Assembly (NCBI GenBank): GCA_963710375.1
Contig: CAVPZX010000002.1
Span: forward strand, 256,001 to 320,000
Reading direction: 5' to 3'
DNA from: Nitrospirota bacterium
Lineage (GTDB): Bacteria; Nitrospirota; Thermodesulfovibrionia; Thermodesulfovibrionales; Dissulfurispiraceae
DNA: 64,000 bases
The position numbers and the translations under genes were made by a program. Of the stretch, positions 37,948-47,675 are shown in pieces. Position 1 is the first letter of the stretch. The number at the start of each line of letters is the position of its first letter. Under the pieces are notes generated by a model. It ran no database searches, was not told the origin of the DNA, and worked only from the letters and a program-made list of their open reading frames with translations.

Positions 37948-39516
37948 ATGGCTAGGATCGGCAACAAAACTGTAGAAATGACTGCGCTGTACGAGATAAG
38001 CAAGCTTCTCGGCTCCTCGCTCAATCTAAAGTCAAACCTCAGGGGCGTTATGAGAATGCTCGCCGAATACCTTGATATGAATCGCGGAACAGTGGCTCTG
38101 CGCAGCAACAATGAAGTCTCAATAATAGCAGCTCATGGCATGTCTGAGGAAGAAATAAAGCGTGGAAGATACCGGCTCGGAGAGGGCATTATCGGACAGG
38201 TCGCAAAGCATGGCTCCCCTATTGTTATCCCCAATATCGGTGATGAACCGCTTTTTCTCAACCGGACCGGGGCGCGGAAAATTATTCGCAAAGAGAATAT
38301 CGCTTTTCTGTGCGTACCCATAAAGTTCAAAAATGAAGTGCTCGGCGTACTCAGCGTCAACAGGCTTTTCGGCTCGACGGGGATATCGTTTGAAGAGGAC
38401 GTCAGACTGCTTAAGATCATTGCCTCCCTGATAGCCCAATCAGTAAGACTGCACCAGGAAATTGAAAAAGAACGGGAGGCGTTCCTTGAAGAGAAAGAAG
38501 ACCTAAAACAGCAACTAAAAAGCAAGTACACGATAAGAAATATCATCGGCAATTCCGACCGTATGCAGGAAGTCTTTGAATCCATCCACAAAGTAGCGCC
38601 ATCAAAGGCAAATGTGCTGCTGCGAGGTGAAAGCGGCACAGGTAAGGAGCTGTTGGCAAAGGCAATACACTATATGAGCCCCAGGGCAGAGGGACCGTTT
38701 ATAAAGCTGAACTGCGCTTCTATTCCGGAAGGACTCCTCGAATCAGAACTGTTCGGGCATGAGAAGGGGGCATTCACCGGCGCTATGGTTTCACGCAGGG
38801 GACGGTTTGAACTGGCAAACGGGGGAACCATATTCCTTGATGAAATCGGCGACCTCCCGATGGTTCTCCAGCCGAAGATACTGAGAGTGTTGCAGGAAAA
38901 AGAATTCGAGCGGGTAGGCGGTGAAAAAACTTTCAAGGTCGATGTGAGGCTCATTGCTGCAACCAGCAGGAACCTTGAGGAACTAGTTGCGAGCAACAGA
39001 TTCAGGGAAGACCTTTATTACCGTCTCAACGTAGTCCCGATTTTCCTCCCCGCCCTGCGGGAAAAGAGGGAGGATATCCCATCACTTGTGGACTATTTCC
39101 TGAAAAAGTTTAATCAGGACAACCAGAAGGCGGTCGTCATGACACCGGAGGCCCTGAATTCATTTCTTCATTATGACTGGCCCGGTAACGTCAGGGAACT
39201 CGAAAACACCATAGAGCGGCTGGTCGTGATGTCAGGCGGTGCAGTCATAAGCCAATCCGACGTCCCACTGAACATCAGGGAACAGTTGATAAAGGCGCGC
39301 TATGCGGTGCAGATGAGAGATGCGCTTCCTTCCGCAATCGAAAACATAGAGAAGACAAAAATCATCGATGCACTTAAGAGTACAGGCTGGATTCAGGCAA
39401 AGGCAGCAAGGATGCTCGGCCTTACCCCGAGGCAGATAGGTTACAAAATGAAAAAGTATCACCTGCAAAACACAAACCCTGAACTGCCGGAACTGAATGT
39501 CCGGAGCTGGGATTGA
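37948..39516 (+). CDS. NifA-like sigma54-dependent activator (GAF-AAA-HTH)
   Basis: GAF domain, GESGTGKE, GAFTGA, FREDLYYRLNV, Fis-type HTH. Confidence 0.92.
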   Translation: MARIGNKTVEMTALYEISKLLGSSLNLKSNLRGVMRMLAEYLDMNRGTVALRSNNEVSIIAAHGMSEEEIKRGRYRLGEGIIGQVAKHGSPIVIPNIGDEPLFLNRTGARKIIRKENIAFLCVPIKFKNEVLGVLSVNRLFGSTGISFEEDVRLLKIIASLIAQSVRLHQEIEKEREAFLEEKEDLKQQLKSKYTIRNIIGNSDRMQEVFESIHKVAPSKANVLLRGESGTGKELLAKAIHYMSPRAEGPFIKLNCASIPEGLLESELFGHEKGAFTGAMVSRRGRFELANGGTIFLDEIGDLPMVLQPKILRVLQEKEFERVGGEKTFKVDVRLIAATSRNLEELVASNRFREDLYYRLNVVPIFLPALREKREDIPSLVDYFLKKFNQDNQKAVVMTPEALNSFLHYDWPGNVRELENTIERLVVMSGGAVISQSDVPLNIREQLIKARYAVQMRDALPSAIENIEKTKIIDALKSTGWIQAKAARMLGLTPRQIGYKMKKYHLQNTNPELPELNVRSWD

Positions 39517-39559
39517 CAGGGTTTGATTATAGCAGTTATACACAGGCCTGAATATTTAC

Positions 39560-40333
39560 GTGGGCAAAATAATCGCCATAACTAACCAAAAGGGCGGTGT
39601 CGGCAAGACGACAACTGCACTCAATCTTTCATCATCACTCGCCCTGTCCGATGTGAATATCCTCGTAGTCGATTCTGATCCGCAAGGCAACCTGACCAGC
39701 GGGTTCGGCATTAAAAAAGACCAGATGAAAGCTGACCTCTATGAAGTCTATGTCGGCAGGTCCCAGGTCCAGGACGCCATTGTCCAAACGCTGATCCCCA
39801 ATCTGCATCTGCTGCCGACTTCTATGGACCTTTTCGCGGCAGAGATAGAACTCCTCGAAAAGACCGACCGTGAGAATAAACTTAAAAATATTTTAAAACC
39901 GCTCAAAAACGATTATCAGTATATCTTTCTGGACTGCCCCCCTTCCTTTGGTCTTCTTACGCTGAATGCCCTCGTTGCAGCAGAGTCAGTCATTGTCCCG
40001 GTCCAGTGTGAGTATTTTGCGGTGGAAGGATTAAGCCTCCTCATCAAACTCCTCTGGCGGGTACGCGGGAGTTTTAACGAGGCACTTGACCTGGAAGGCA
40101 TATTGCTTACCATGTATAACAGGCACCTCGCACTCTCCAGACAGATTTCCGAAGAAGTGCGGAGGGTGTTCAAATCAAAAGTGTACGATACAGTAATCCC
40201 CCGTAATGTCATTCTCGCTGAATCTCCAAGTCACGGCAAACCCGCAGTGCTCTATGCCCCGAATTCAACAGGTGCGCAAGGGTATATAATGCTGGCAAAA
40301 GAAATAATGAACGACAACAGCCTGCTTTTCTAG
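39560..40333 (+). CDS. parA: ParA/Soj family ATPase
   Basis: NQKGGVGKTTT, DPQGN, DCPPS. Confidence 0.9.
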   Translation: MGKIIAITNQKGGVGKTTTALNLSSSLALSDVNILVVDSDPQGNLTSGFGIKKDQMKADLYEVYVGRSQVQDAIVQTLIPNLHLLPTSMDLFAAEIELLEKTDRENKLKNILKPLKNDYQYIFLDCPPSFGLLTLNALVAAESVIVPVQCEYFAVEGLSLLIKLLWRVRGSFNEALDLEGILLTMYNRHLALSRQISEEVRRVFKSKVYDTVIPRNVILAESPSHGKPAVLYAPNSTGAQGYIMLAKEIMNDNSLLF

Positions 40334-40346
40334 CGCCCTAAAATGA

Positions 40347-41618
40347 TTAAAACAGCAGTTTCTGCCCCTCGGGTCTATTTCCCTTAATATCTCCGAAAAG
40401 CTTTACCTTGCCGAACTCGCCGTCATACCCCGGCACAATGCATATGTCACCGGCCCTGACTTTGGAAACAGCCTCTCTCAGTTTTTCGGATCCCGCCCTT
40501 TCGATGTCATCAAGCCGTGTTTTCATCAGGATTGTAAACTCATTGCCGAGTTTTTCAAGGAGACTGTAATACATCCCCTGGACCGCCTTGCTGCCTGCTC
40601 CGACCTTCAGCACTTCAGAAATAATCTCGGGCAGAGGAATCACGGATTTATACGGTGGCGAACCGTCGGGCCTGAAGCCCTCCTTCCTGTCCGCCAGGTC
40701 TTCTACACGATGCATCACTCCCACCGTGACTTTTTTGCCGCAAACAGGACAGCGGTATGCATGTTTGACAGTCTCTGCCGGGGTAAGACTCATGCCGCAA
40801 GCACGGTGTCCGTCATAGTGATATTTCCCCTCTTCAGGAAAAAACTCGATGGTACCAGCAAAGCCCTTACGCGTCTTAAGTGCGGTGATCATCGATGGGT
40901 ACGAAACTTCCGTATCAAACACGTTTGCCTCCCGTCCTATCTTGGCCGAAGAATGAGCATCGGAGTTGGATATAAGCGTAATGGTGTCAAGAGCTGACAG
41001 ACGCCAGTTCATAGGGGGGTCTGAAGAAAGTCCGGTTTCGATGGCGTGAATGTACGGGGTTAAATCTTCGAAACATTCCTTCAGGGAATCAAACCCTGAA
41101 TGTGAGCCAAATACAGAGAAATGAGGCGTCCAGGCATGGGCCGGGATTAAAATACTTTCAGGAGACTCATGTATAACTATATCAAGAAGCGACTTTGCAT
41201 CAAGACCCAATATGGGCCTGCCGTCAGACTTGAGGTTACCTATCCTTGATAACGCCTGGTTTATCCTTTCAGCATCATCCAAAGACGGGGCCAGTACAAT
41301 GGAATGAATCTTCCTCACCTTACCGTTCTTACTGTATATGCAGCTTATCTCTGCGGTAAGCATAAAAAAAACATCTGCCTTGCACAATTCCGGCACATCG
41401 TCATTTATCATTTTGCTCCTGAGCGTGAAAAGTCCGTTGCCGCAGGGCTCAAGTTTGTCCTTTAGTTCCTTTAACCATAGCGGGTGGGTAAAATCCCCTG
41501 TGCCCATGACCGTAATGCCCTTTAGCTGCGCCCATCTCCAGAGTGATTCGGGTTCCAGGTCTCTGCTCGTGGCACGGGAGAATTTTGAATGAATGTGCAG
41601 ATCGGCAATGAAACGCAT
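40347..41618 (-). CDS. Endonuclease Q family (PHP-domain) protein
   Basis: ADLHIHSKFSRATS, GTGDFTHP, SNSDAHS, GKYHYDGH, PGYDGEFG. Confidence 0.88.
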   Translation of the reverse strand: MRFIADLHIHSKFSRATSRDLEPESLWRWAQLKGITVMGTGDFTHPLWLKELKDKLEPCGNGLFTLRSKMINDDVPELCKADVFFMLTAEISCIYSKNGKVRKIHSIVLAPSLDDAERINQALSRIGNLKSDGRPILGLDAKSLLDIVIHESPESILIPAHAWTPHFSVFGSHSGFDSLKECFEDLTPYIHAIETGLSSDPPMNWRLSALDTITLISNSDAHSSAKIGREANVFDTEVSYPSMITALKTRKGFAGTIEFFPEEGKYHYDGHRACGMSLTPAETVKHAYRCPVCGKKVTVGVMHRVEDLADRKEGFRPDGSPPYKSVIPLPEIISEVLKVGAGSKAVQGMYYSLLEKLGNEFTILMKTRLDDIERAGSEKLREAVSKVRAGDICIVPGYDGEFGKVKLFGDIKGNRPEGQKLLF

Positions 41619-41715
41619 TAGAAAGTATAGCACACTGCAGATAACCTGTTTGGTTGCAATAATATTGACTTCATTGCATAATATCTTATATCTTAAAAAG
41701 CTAAGCGTTGAACTT

Positions 41716-41786
41716 TGGGGAGTCGTCCAACGGCAGGACGGCAGCCTCTGGAGCTGTTTATAGGGGTTCGAATCCTCTCTCCCCAG
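41716..41786 (+). tRNA. tRNA-Gln(CTG)
   Basis: TGGGGAG/CTCCCCA acceptor stem, anticodon loop CTCTGGA; CCA not encoded. Confidence 0.92.
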
Positions 41787-41795
41787 TCAACAAAT

Positions 41796-41868
41796 GGTCC
41801 CATCGTCTAGAGGCCTAGGACGTGGCCCTCTCAAGGCTAAAACACGGGTTCGAATCCCGTTAGGACCA
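41796..41868 (+). tRNA. tRNA-Glu(CTC), 3' half apparently supplied by the integrated element
   Basis: Anticodon loop CTCTCAA; acceptor GGTCCCA/TAGGACC has one mismatch. Confidence 0.92.
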
Positions 41869-41958
41869 CTACTTTTTTATATTTCAATTAGTTAGTAAAA
41901 TATTCCGTAAAGAAAACCGGTCCCCAGACCGTCCGGAGCACTGATGTTGTGCCAATAC

Positions 41959-43317
41959 TCAAAGCCACGGCGGATGGTGAAACTCTGCGGATTTAGGCTC
42001 AGAGAGGCTCTCTAAATACCGGAGCGCTCGTTTGCAAGCTGCTTTGTGAGCATTAGGGTTACGCCTGAGCCGAGCGCAAAAGTCGGCAAGGTCACCAATG
42101 TTATCTTTAACGCCAAACATATAATAGACTGGAACCCGGACTGCTTCTCTCTCGGCCTTGTTCATTAGTAAGTACGTCAAGCCATTAATATAACCCTCGA
42201 TGTAGGCAACATCTTCATAAATACCTTGACTAAGCTTTTCTTTCTGCCACTTCTGATACGCTTTAATAGGTTCGGTGATTCTACAACGATGGGAATACTG
42301 TCCCGTGCCCCGCATTGAGATAGCACGCTCTAGTGCATGTATCATTCCATCTTGATAAGAAGCTGCAAATATCACTTCAGGGTGATCAGATATCCTGATG
42401 GTTTCATGTAGCAGGCAGTGATCCATGACAACAATCTCTAGAAGTTCTGATGCTGCATTATAAATACCATCGTCTATCATCGTCCCTTGAGCTACTGCAT
42501 GTTCTTTAACTTGAGCGAAAAAGAAAGTGCCATCGGTTTGTATCGGCATTAAGCCTGCAATCCTGAACTTCTCGCAGTCTTCAGCAGATGGCGCTACCAC
42601 GTATGCCTGCCTATGAAGCGAATTCATTTGCTTTTTCACAAATTTGTAGATGGCTGAAAAATCTGAATCTGAAAAAGAATATCCGACAAAGATGACTGTC
42701 TGTGTGGCAAGGATGGTTTTCAAGAGTCCGCCGATAACGCCGGAATGGAGGCGCTTCTGGCATTTTGCGTAGTCGCTAGTTGTGGCTACAATGGAGCCAT
42801 AGTTTGTAACTGACCCATGTATCTTTAACACCCTTCAATCCGCGGCTTCCCAAAAGGCCAAATCCGGATCAGTGACAAAGGGGGTAGCGTTGCAGAATTG
42901 TTCAAAGTAAGTGTCCCAATTTGTTGTAATGATGTTCCTAACCGGGAAAAACGTTCCGAGTTCGCGATGAAAGCGGGTTGCCCAGCGGGTCAGTTCCGGA
43001 AATGAGCTAATATAATCAAAACGGTCTTTGATTTGTTTCAGCAACTTGAACCTGCCGTTTGGCTGGCGGCAGTATTCCTCCATCAGATCGGGAAACGTAA
43101 GAAAGAGGCCAGTGTGTCCGATTTCGGCAGCCACTGACTCATAGAAGGTAGTTTTCAAAACGCTTCTCGCCTCGGTACTGATGCCAGCACCGGCAAACAC
43201 TGTGACGCTTCCATTGAGCAGTTCGCCCATGAGTTCATTGCTTATTACAAACTCATGTTTGTCCTTGCATAAGCTGCAATTGCAATTACCGTTCTTATTG
43301 ACCATATTTTGCTTCAC
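41959..43317 (-). pseudogene. SIR2-like (SIR2_2) domain protein interrupted by an in-frame TGA at 42835-42837
   Basis: FAGAGIS, IITTNWD, WEAAD*RVLKIHGS, IFVGYSFSDSD all in one frame. Confidence 0.85.
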
Positions 43318-43535
43318 AGTTTGCCAAGAACATTAAGATTGTTGCAGTTAAGTGTCAACGGCTAAAAGTAAGAACAATTGGGTCTTGCATACATGGATAT
43401 AGATAGTCACTTTTTTATCGGCCTTATTTGCATGCTTGTCACCTGTCCCCACCATGCCTGTACCCCTTCCGCCTTTCCCACAGTCTTCCCGTGGCATTGA
43501 ATCGTTCCGATTGGGGTAACGCCTGCTTTATGCTT

Positions 43536-43838
43536 TTATTCCTTCCGACGCTTCTTTGCTCTCTTAAATATCTCGTCTATGGTCTGCCCTTCATAAAGAC
43601 GCCGGGAAATTTCTACATAATCGGTTGGTTCACGGTGGAGGAGGTTCAGGAATCTCAGGGCGGCAGAAGCACCGAGGGTTTTATTCAATGCGTCTATTCC
43701 TTTTAATTTAATCTCTGTGTCGTTCATGGCTTGTGTTTTCATGGCATACTTTCCCTGAATACCGCTTTTCAATAACGCCCTCAGATCACGCTCCAGGCGC
43801 AAATCATCGACAAGCTTCTCTTTAGGTTCCTTCTTCAT
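43536..43838 (-). CDS. Chimeric antitoxin-like protein
   Basis: First ~32 aa duplicate the N-terminus of 44247-44501, fused to a GIDALNKTLG..ALRFL..DY domain like 43999-44208. Confidence 0.6.
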   Translation of the reverse strand: MKKEPKEKLVDDLRLERDLRALLKSGIQGKYAMKTQAMNDTEIKLKGIDALNKTLGASAALRFLNLLHREPTDYVEISRRLYEGQTIDEIFKRAKKRRKE

Positions 43839-43998
43839 AAACCTCGCCCTCGGGAATGTATTTCTTCCCTGTTGAACTTGTAATTCTTGGGAAGAGCTAC
43901 GTTGTACCGGCTATAAATATCCTCAAGAATTTTCTTACGGTCTTTATCGGATTTAAGAATCGTTATGTGCCGGCCCCTCAGAATTTTAGCAATTTTTT

Positions 43999-44208
43999 TC
44001 AACTCTTCATCCGCCTTTTCTTTATTTCCTTAACTATACTCTTGACATCTTCTCCCTTGAGCCACGACTGCCTTTCTTTGGTATAGTCTCCGGAGCCGGT
44101 TTCAAATTGCTGTAGAAACCGTGCCATGCCGATAGGCCCTAACTCTTTGACTAACGCCTCTATGCCTTGCTTGCGTAATTTAGCAGGGCTCAATGTCTGA
44201 ACACTCAT
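43999..44208 (-). CDS. Small antitoxin-like protein, no toxin partner seen
   Basis: LRKQGIEALVKELGPIGMARFLQQFETGSGDYTKER, a pattern I associate with PIN-linked antitoxins. Confidence 0.7.
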   Translation of the reverse strand: MSVQTLSPAKLRKQGIEALVKELGPIGMARFLQQFETGSGDYTKERQSWLKGEDVKSIVKEIKKRRMKS

Positions 44209-44246
44209 TTTTGAATCATCTCCATAAGCGACGGGAACGGCTTCCC

Positions 44247-44501
44247 TTATGCCCGAACTGTCCGTCTTGACTTGCTCTTAGCCTTGGGACCTTTCCTTAA
44301 CTGCATTACCAACCGTAATGTCTCATTTACTGCCTTACCGTCCGGGAATTCATCCGCAACATCAGGCTCCAGGAGCACCAGATTGGTTCCCTTCTGAAAA
44401 CGACTGGCATACTTTCCCCGAATACCGCCTTTCAATAACGTCTTCAGGTCGTACTCCGGGCGAAGATCATCGTCAAGCTTCTCTTTATGTTCCTTCTTCA
44501 T
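44247..44501 (-). CDS. Antitoxin partner of the BrnT toxin
   Basis: DDLRPEYD..RGKYA..LEPDVA..FPD..AVN..LR; overlaps the brnT stop. Confidence 0.8.
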   Translation of the reverse strand: MKKEHKEKLDDDLRPEYDLKTLLKGGIRGKYASRFQKGTNLVLLEPDVADEFPDGKAVNETLRLVMQLRKGPKAKSKSRRTVRA

Positions 44502-44760
44502 AAGCCTCCCTCTCTGATTTGGTCAATTCCCTTGCACTGATAATTCTTGTTATGACTCCCTTATCGGTATGAGCAACCATGAGGAGACGGCCTTTACGTG
44601 AGTGACCGATAATAATATATCGTTCTTCCGCAATAGAGTGATCCGGGTCGAAAGTAGTTATACTGAGAGTGTCACCAAAAACTGTAGCCGCCTCGGTAAA
44701 TGTCACCTTGTGCTTTATAAAATTTCTCTCAGCTTTTCCGGCATCCCACTCAAATTTCAC
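44485..44760 (-). CDS. brnT: BrnT family ribonuclease toxin
   Basis: FEWD..KA..N..KH...F.EA..VF.D, HS..EER, RIISAR. Confidence 0.9.
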   Translation of the reverse strand: MKFEWDAGKAERNFIKHKVTFTEAATVFGDTLSITTFDPDHSIAEERYIIIGHSRKGRLLMVAHTDKGVITRIISARELTKSEREAYEEGT

Positions 44761-45166
44761 GATTCAACCTTTAGTTCTATTTTATCAGAATATGCCTTTT
44801 TCAGTGTAGCAGATTTGTAGCAGAAAATATCCGAAAGGACGGAAAATACCGAAAAGCCCGTAAATTATATGAAGTCCAAGCGTCCAGTAAAAACAGCATG
44901 TTGCGCCCGAACCATTGACAGAAGCCAATTTGCAAAAAATGCCTTGTTATTGCTCTCAAGGCTAAAACACGGGTTCGAATCCCGTTGGGACCACCAAATA
45001 AATTAAGGAATTACGCATCCATACACACTAAAATATCGCCTAAACAATAAAGTCCTTACATTTCAGCCCAGAGTGCTCAGACAGGAACATTGACAGAACG
45101 TTATAAACAATGTAATTTTAATCTGTACTATATATTGACGGCATATCTGAACCTGGCACGGACGAA

Positions 45167-46144
45167 ATGAGAGAAATGCCTCTCACTGGACATGACTTGC
45201 GGGATATTATCGCACGATGGGTGGCGCCCGCCAACGTGCCCTCATCGCCACGGATTGTCACTGACATATCGGATTTCTTCAAGGTCGACTATGACGATGT
45301 TGTAATTCTTGACGGGCGTCCTTATTTTATGCGAAATTATGAACGCGAGGGCCGTTTCGGCATTGATGATGAGCCTAAGTTCTGGGTCAGAAGAGCAATC
45401 GACCTGACTGACGGAAGCACAAAGATAATAAAAATGGTCTTTCACGAGCAGTTCCAGGCAAAGGTTGGCGATATAACATTCGATTGCGTCAGAAGCCCGA
45501 GAAAAGAGGCCATTATCCTCGATATGGTTAAAGGACATCCCAATTTCATGCAGGGTTTTTCTGTGAAAGACCCGACTGGAAACATAATCAGGATAATAGA
45601 TTTTATTGAAGGCAAGACACTGGCTGACCATGTGCTGAGACTTGGTGAAACCCATGAAGATTATTTCTACACCTTTTTCCCTTCCGTACTGAGTGAATAT
45701 ACTGATTTGGTAAAGGCAATAAGATTTCTTCACGAACGCGGCGAGAAGCACGGCGATATCAGGCGCGATCACGTAATAAAGGAAAAGAATACCGGTCTGT
45801 GCCGCTGGATAGATTTCGATTTTAACTATATGAATGCCGGAAATATGTTCGGATATGACCTGTTCGGGTTAGGCAATATCCTGGTCTACCTTGCAGCCAG
45901 AGGCGACATAACCTTGCAGGGTCTCAAGAAAGAACGTTCGCCTGTTCTAGATCAATTAACAGCCGATGACATGAATATAATTTTCAACAACAGGCTGGTC
46001 AATCTGAAAAAAGTCTATCCGTACATACCCGATTCCCTTAATGTCGTGCTGCTTCACTTTTCAATGGGAGCAAATACTTTTTATGACGATACTGAACAGC
46101 TCCTCATGGACCTGAACGAGGTCAGGGAGATAATCGCGTTATAA
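45167..46144 (+). CDS. Atypical protein-kinase-like protein
   Basis: HGDIRRDH catalytic-loop-like motif, WIDFD, YDLFGLG. Confidence 0.75.
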   Translation: MREMPLTGHDLRDIIARWVAPANVPSSPRIVTDISDFFKVDYDDVVILDGRPYFMRNYEREGRFGIDDEPKFWVRRAIDLTDGSTKIIKMVFHEQFQAKVGDITFDCVRSPRKEAIILDMVKGHPNFMQGFSVKDPTGNIIRIIDFIEGKTLADHVLRLGETHEDYFYTFFPSVLSEYTDLVKAIRFLHERGEKHGDIRRDHVIKEKNTGLCRWIDFDFNYMNAGNMFGYDLFGLGNILVYLAARGDITLQGLKKERSPVLDQLTADDMNIIFNNRLVNLKKVYPYIPDSLNVVLLHFSMGANTFYDDTEQLLMDLNEVREIIAL

Positions 46145-46215
46145 ACAATGAAACCACAGAGTGCAGAGAATGCCTTTTGAAGAAGACTTAATTTTTAATT
46201 AAAGGAGAAAATGTT

Positions 46216-46695
46216 ATGGCAGCGGAAAAGATGTGTTTCCTTGATAAAAACAGACATATTATGATTGCTGTGGATGAATCTGAAAATGCAAAGCGCGCCC
46301 TCCTATATGTGGCGGAATTTTTGGGCGGCGTTCCAGGGTTCTGCGTATCAATACTACGCATCATACCTGAGCCCCCGGTCGATTATTTCAAGACAGATGA
46401 GGAGCGCAGCGAGTGGATAAACCGGAATAAAACCGAGGCGGCGGCGATGCTCGACAATTATCGCCGGATACTTGTTCAGTCAGGATTCGGAGAAAACAAC
46501 GTTGAGCCGCTCACGGAGATCAGCTCTTGCCCGTCTATTGCGGATTGTATCCTGAATGAACGGCAGCGGCTCAATTGTGACACTCTTGTTATAGGACGGC
46601 GGGGCATATCCAAAAAAGAGGAATTCCTGTTCGGCAGCACATCCAGCAAAATCGTCCATTCCGCCAGGAATTGTGCTGTGTGGGTAATCGAATAA
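46216..46695 (+). CDS. Universal stress protein
   Basis: IMIAVDES, VIGRRG...FGSTSSKIV. Confidence 0.9.
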   Translation: MAAEKMCFLDKNRHIMIAVDESENAKRALLYVAEFLGGVPGFCVSILRIIPEPPVDYFKTDEERSEWINRNKTEAAAMLDNYRRILVQSGFGENNVEPLTEISSCPSIADCILNERQRLNCDTLVIGRRGISKKEEFLFGSTSSKIVHSARNCAVWVIE

Positions 46696-46792
46696 ACATT
46701 AACTTCTTCCGAGCTATTGAACCCATTTACCGATTTTTCAGCCTTTTTTATCTGTTATAATATACCAAAAGCTTTTTCTATGGAGAGGAAAT

Positions 46793-47143
46793 ATGAAGAC
46801 CATCCAATATCCCGAGATCTCGCCAACCGTTTTCAATAATGACAAGGCGAAAGGTGTCGCAGCCCGTGTTGTGATAGGTAAAGCTGACGGAGCTGCCAAT
46901 TTTTACATGCGAGTCTTCGAGATCACCGCTGGTGGTAATACGCCGAAGCACAGCCATGACTGGGAGCACGAAATGTTCTACCATGCCGGGCAGGGTGAAG
47001 TATTCTGCGACGGAAAGTGGAATCCGGTTAAAGCCGGCAGTGTTGTGTTCATTCCCGGCAACGTGGAGCATCAGATCCGAAACACAGGCACTGACCCGCT
47101 GGTGATCGTTTGTCTGGTTCCATCATTCGCACCCGAGCTTTAG
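46793..47143 (+). CDS. Cupin domain protein
   Basis: HSHDWEHE, FIPGNVEH. Confidence 0.9.
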   Translation: MKTIQYPEISPTVFNNDKAKGVAARVVIGKADGAANFYMRVFEITAGGNTPKHSHDWEHEMFYHAGQGEVFCDGKWNPVKAGSVVFIPGNVEHQIRNTGTDPLVIVCLVPSFAPEL

Positions 47144-47169
47144 AAGAAATTAATGGTGAGGAGGACCCA

Positions 47170-47632
47170 ATGACAGACTCTTAACCCCGGGGTACAAGCC
47201 CCTGACTTTTCTCTTTCAACCGCCCCTGATAAAAAAGTATCCCTCTCGGACTTTCGAGGGCAACCCGTAGTCCTGGTCTTCTACCCGGCAGATTGGAGCC
47301 CTGTCTGCAGTGACCAGTTGGCTCTCTACAACGAGTTGAAGCCAGAATTCTCCGGGTTTAAAGCGCAGATCATAGGCATATCGGTCAACAACTTCTGGTG
47401 CCATCTCGCATTCAGCAAAGACCGCAAATTGCACTTTCCTCTCCTGGCGGATTTTGAGCCCAAAGGCGCAGTGGCCCGTCAGTACGGCGTCTACCGGGAA
47501 AAAGACGGCGTGTCGGAGCGGGCGTTGTTTGTCATTGATGCCGAGGGGGTCATTCGTTGGAGTTACGTCTCGCCTAAGGGCATCAATCCGGGCGCTGACG
47601 GTATTTTGAAAGCTCTCGAATCGATAGCGTAA
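47170..47632 (+). CDS. Peroxiredoxin (AhpE-like) with a +1 insertion just after the start
   Basis: RBS GAGGAG, ATG 47170; APDFSL..FYPADWSPVC, ERALFVID; 463 = 462+1 nt. Confidence 0.85.
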
Positions 47633-47675
47633 GTCAATAAAACATTCAGCGTCCGAAACTGAGTCAGGAGGCATA

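Larger units (their letters stand above)
41828..44996. mobile_element. 3.1 kb genomic island integrated at tRNA-Glu
   Basis: 42 bp direct repeat at 41828-41869 and 44953-44994 (1 mismatch) starting at the anticodon loop; no integrase inside. Confidence 0.85.

Noticed and set aside
42835..42837. Selenocysteine recoding of the TGA in the SIR2 gene
   Set aside because: The position is not a Cys-type catalytic site and I see no convincing SECIS hairpin; a nonsense change or sequencing error is simpler
44953..44996. Second tRNA-Glu gene
   Set aside because: Only the 3' half is present; it is the att duplication
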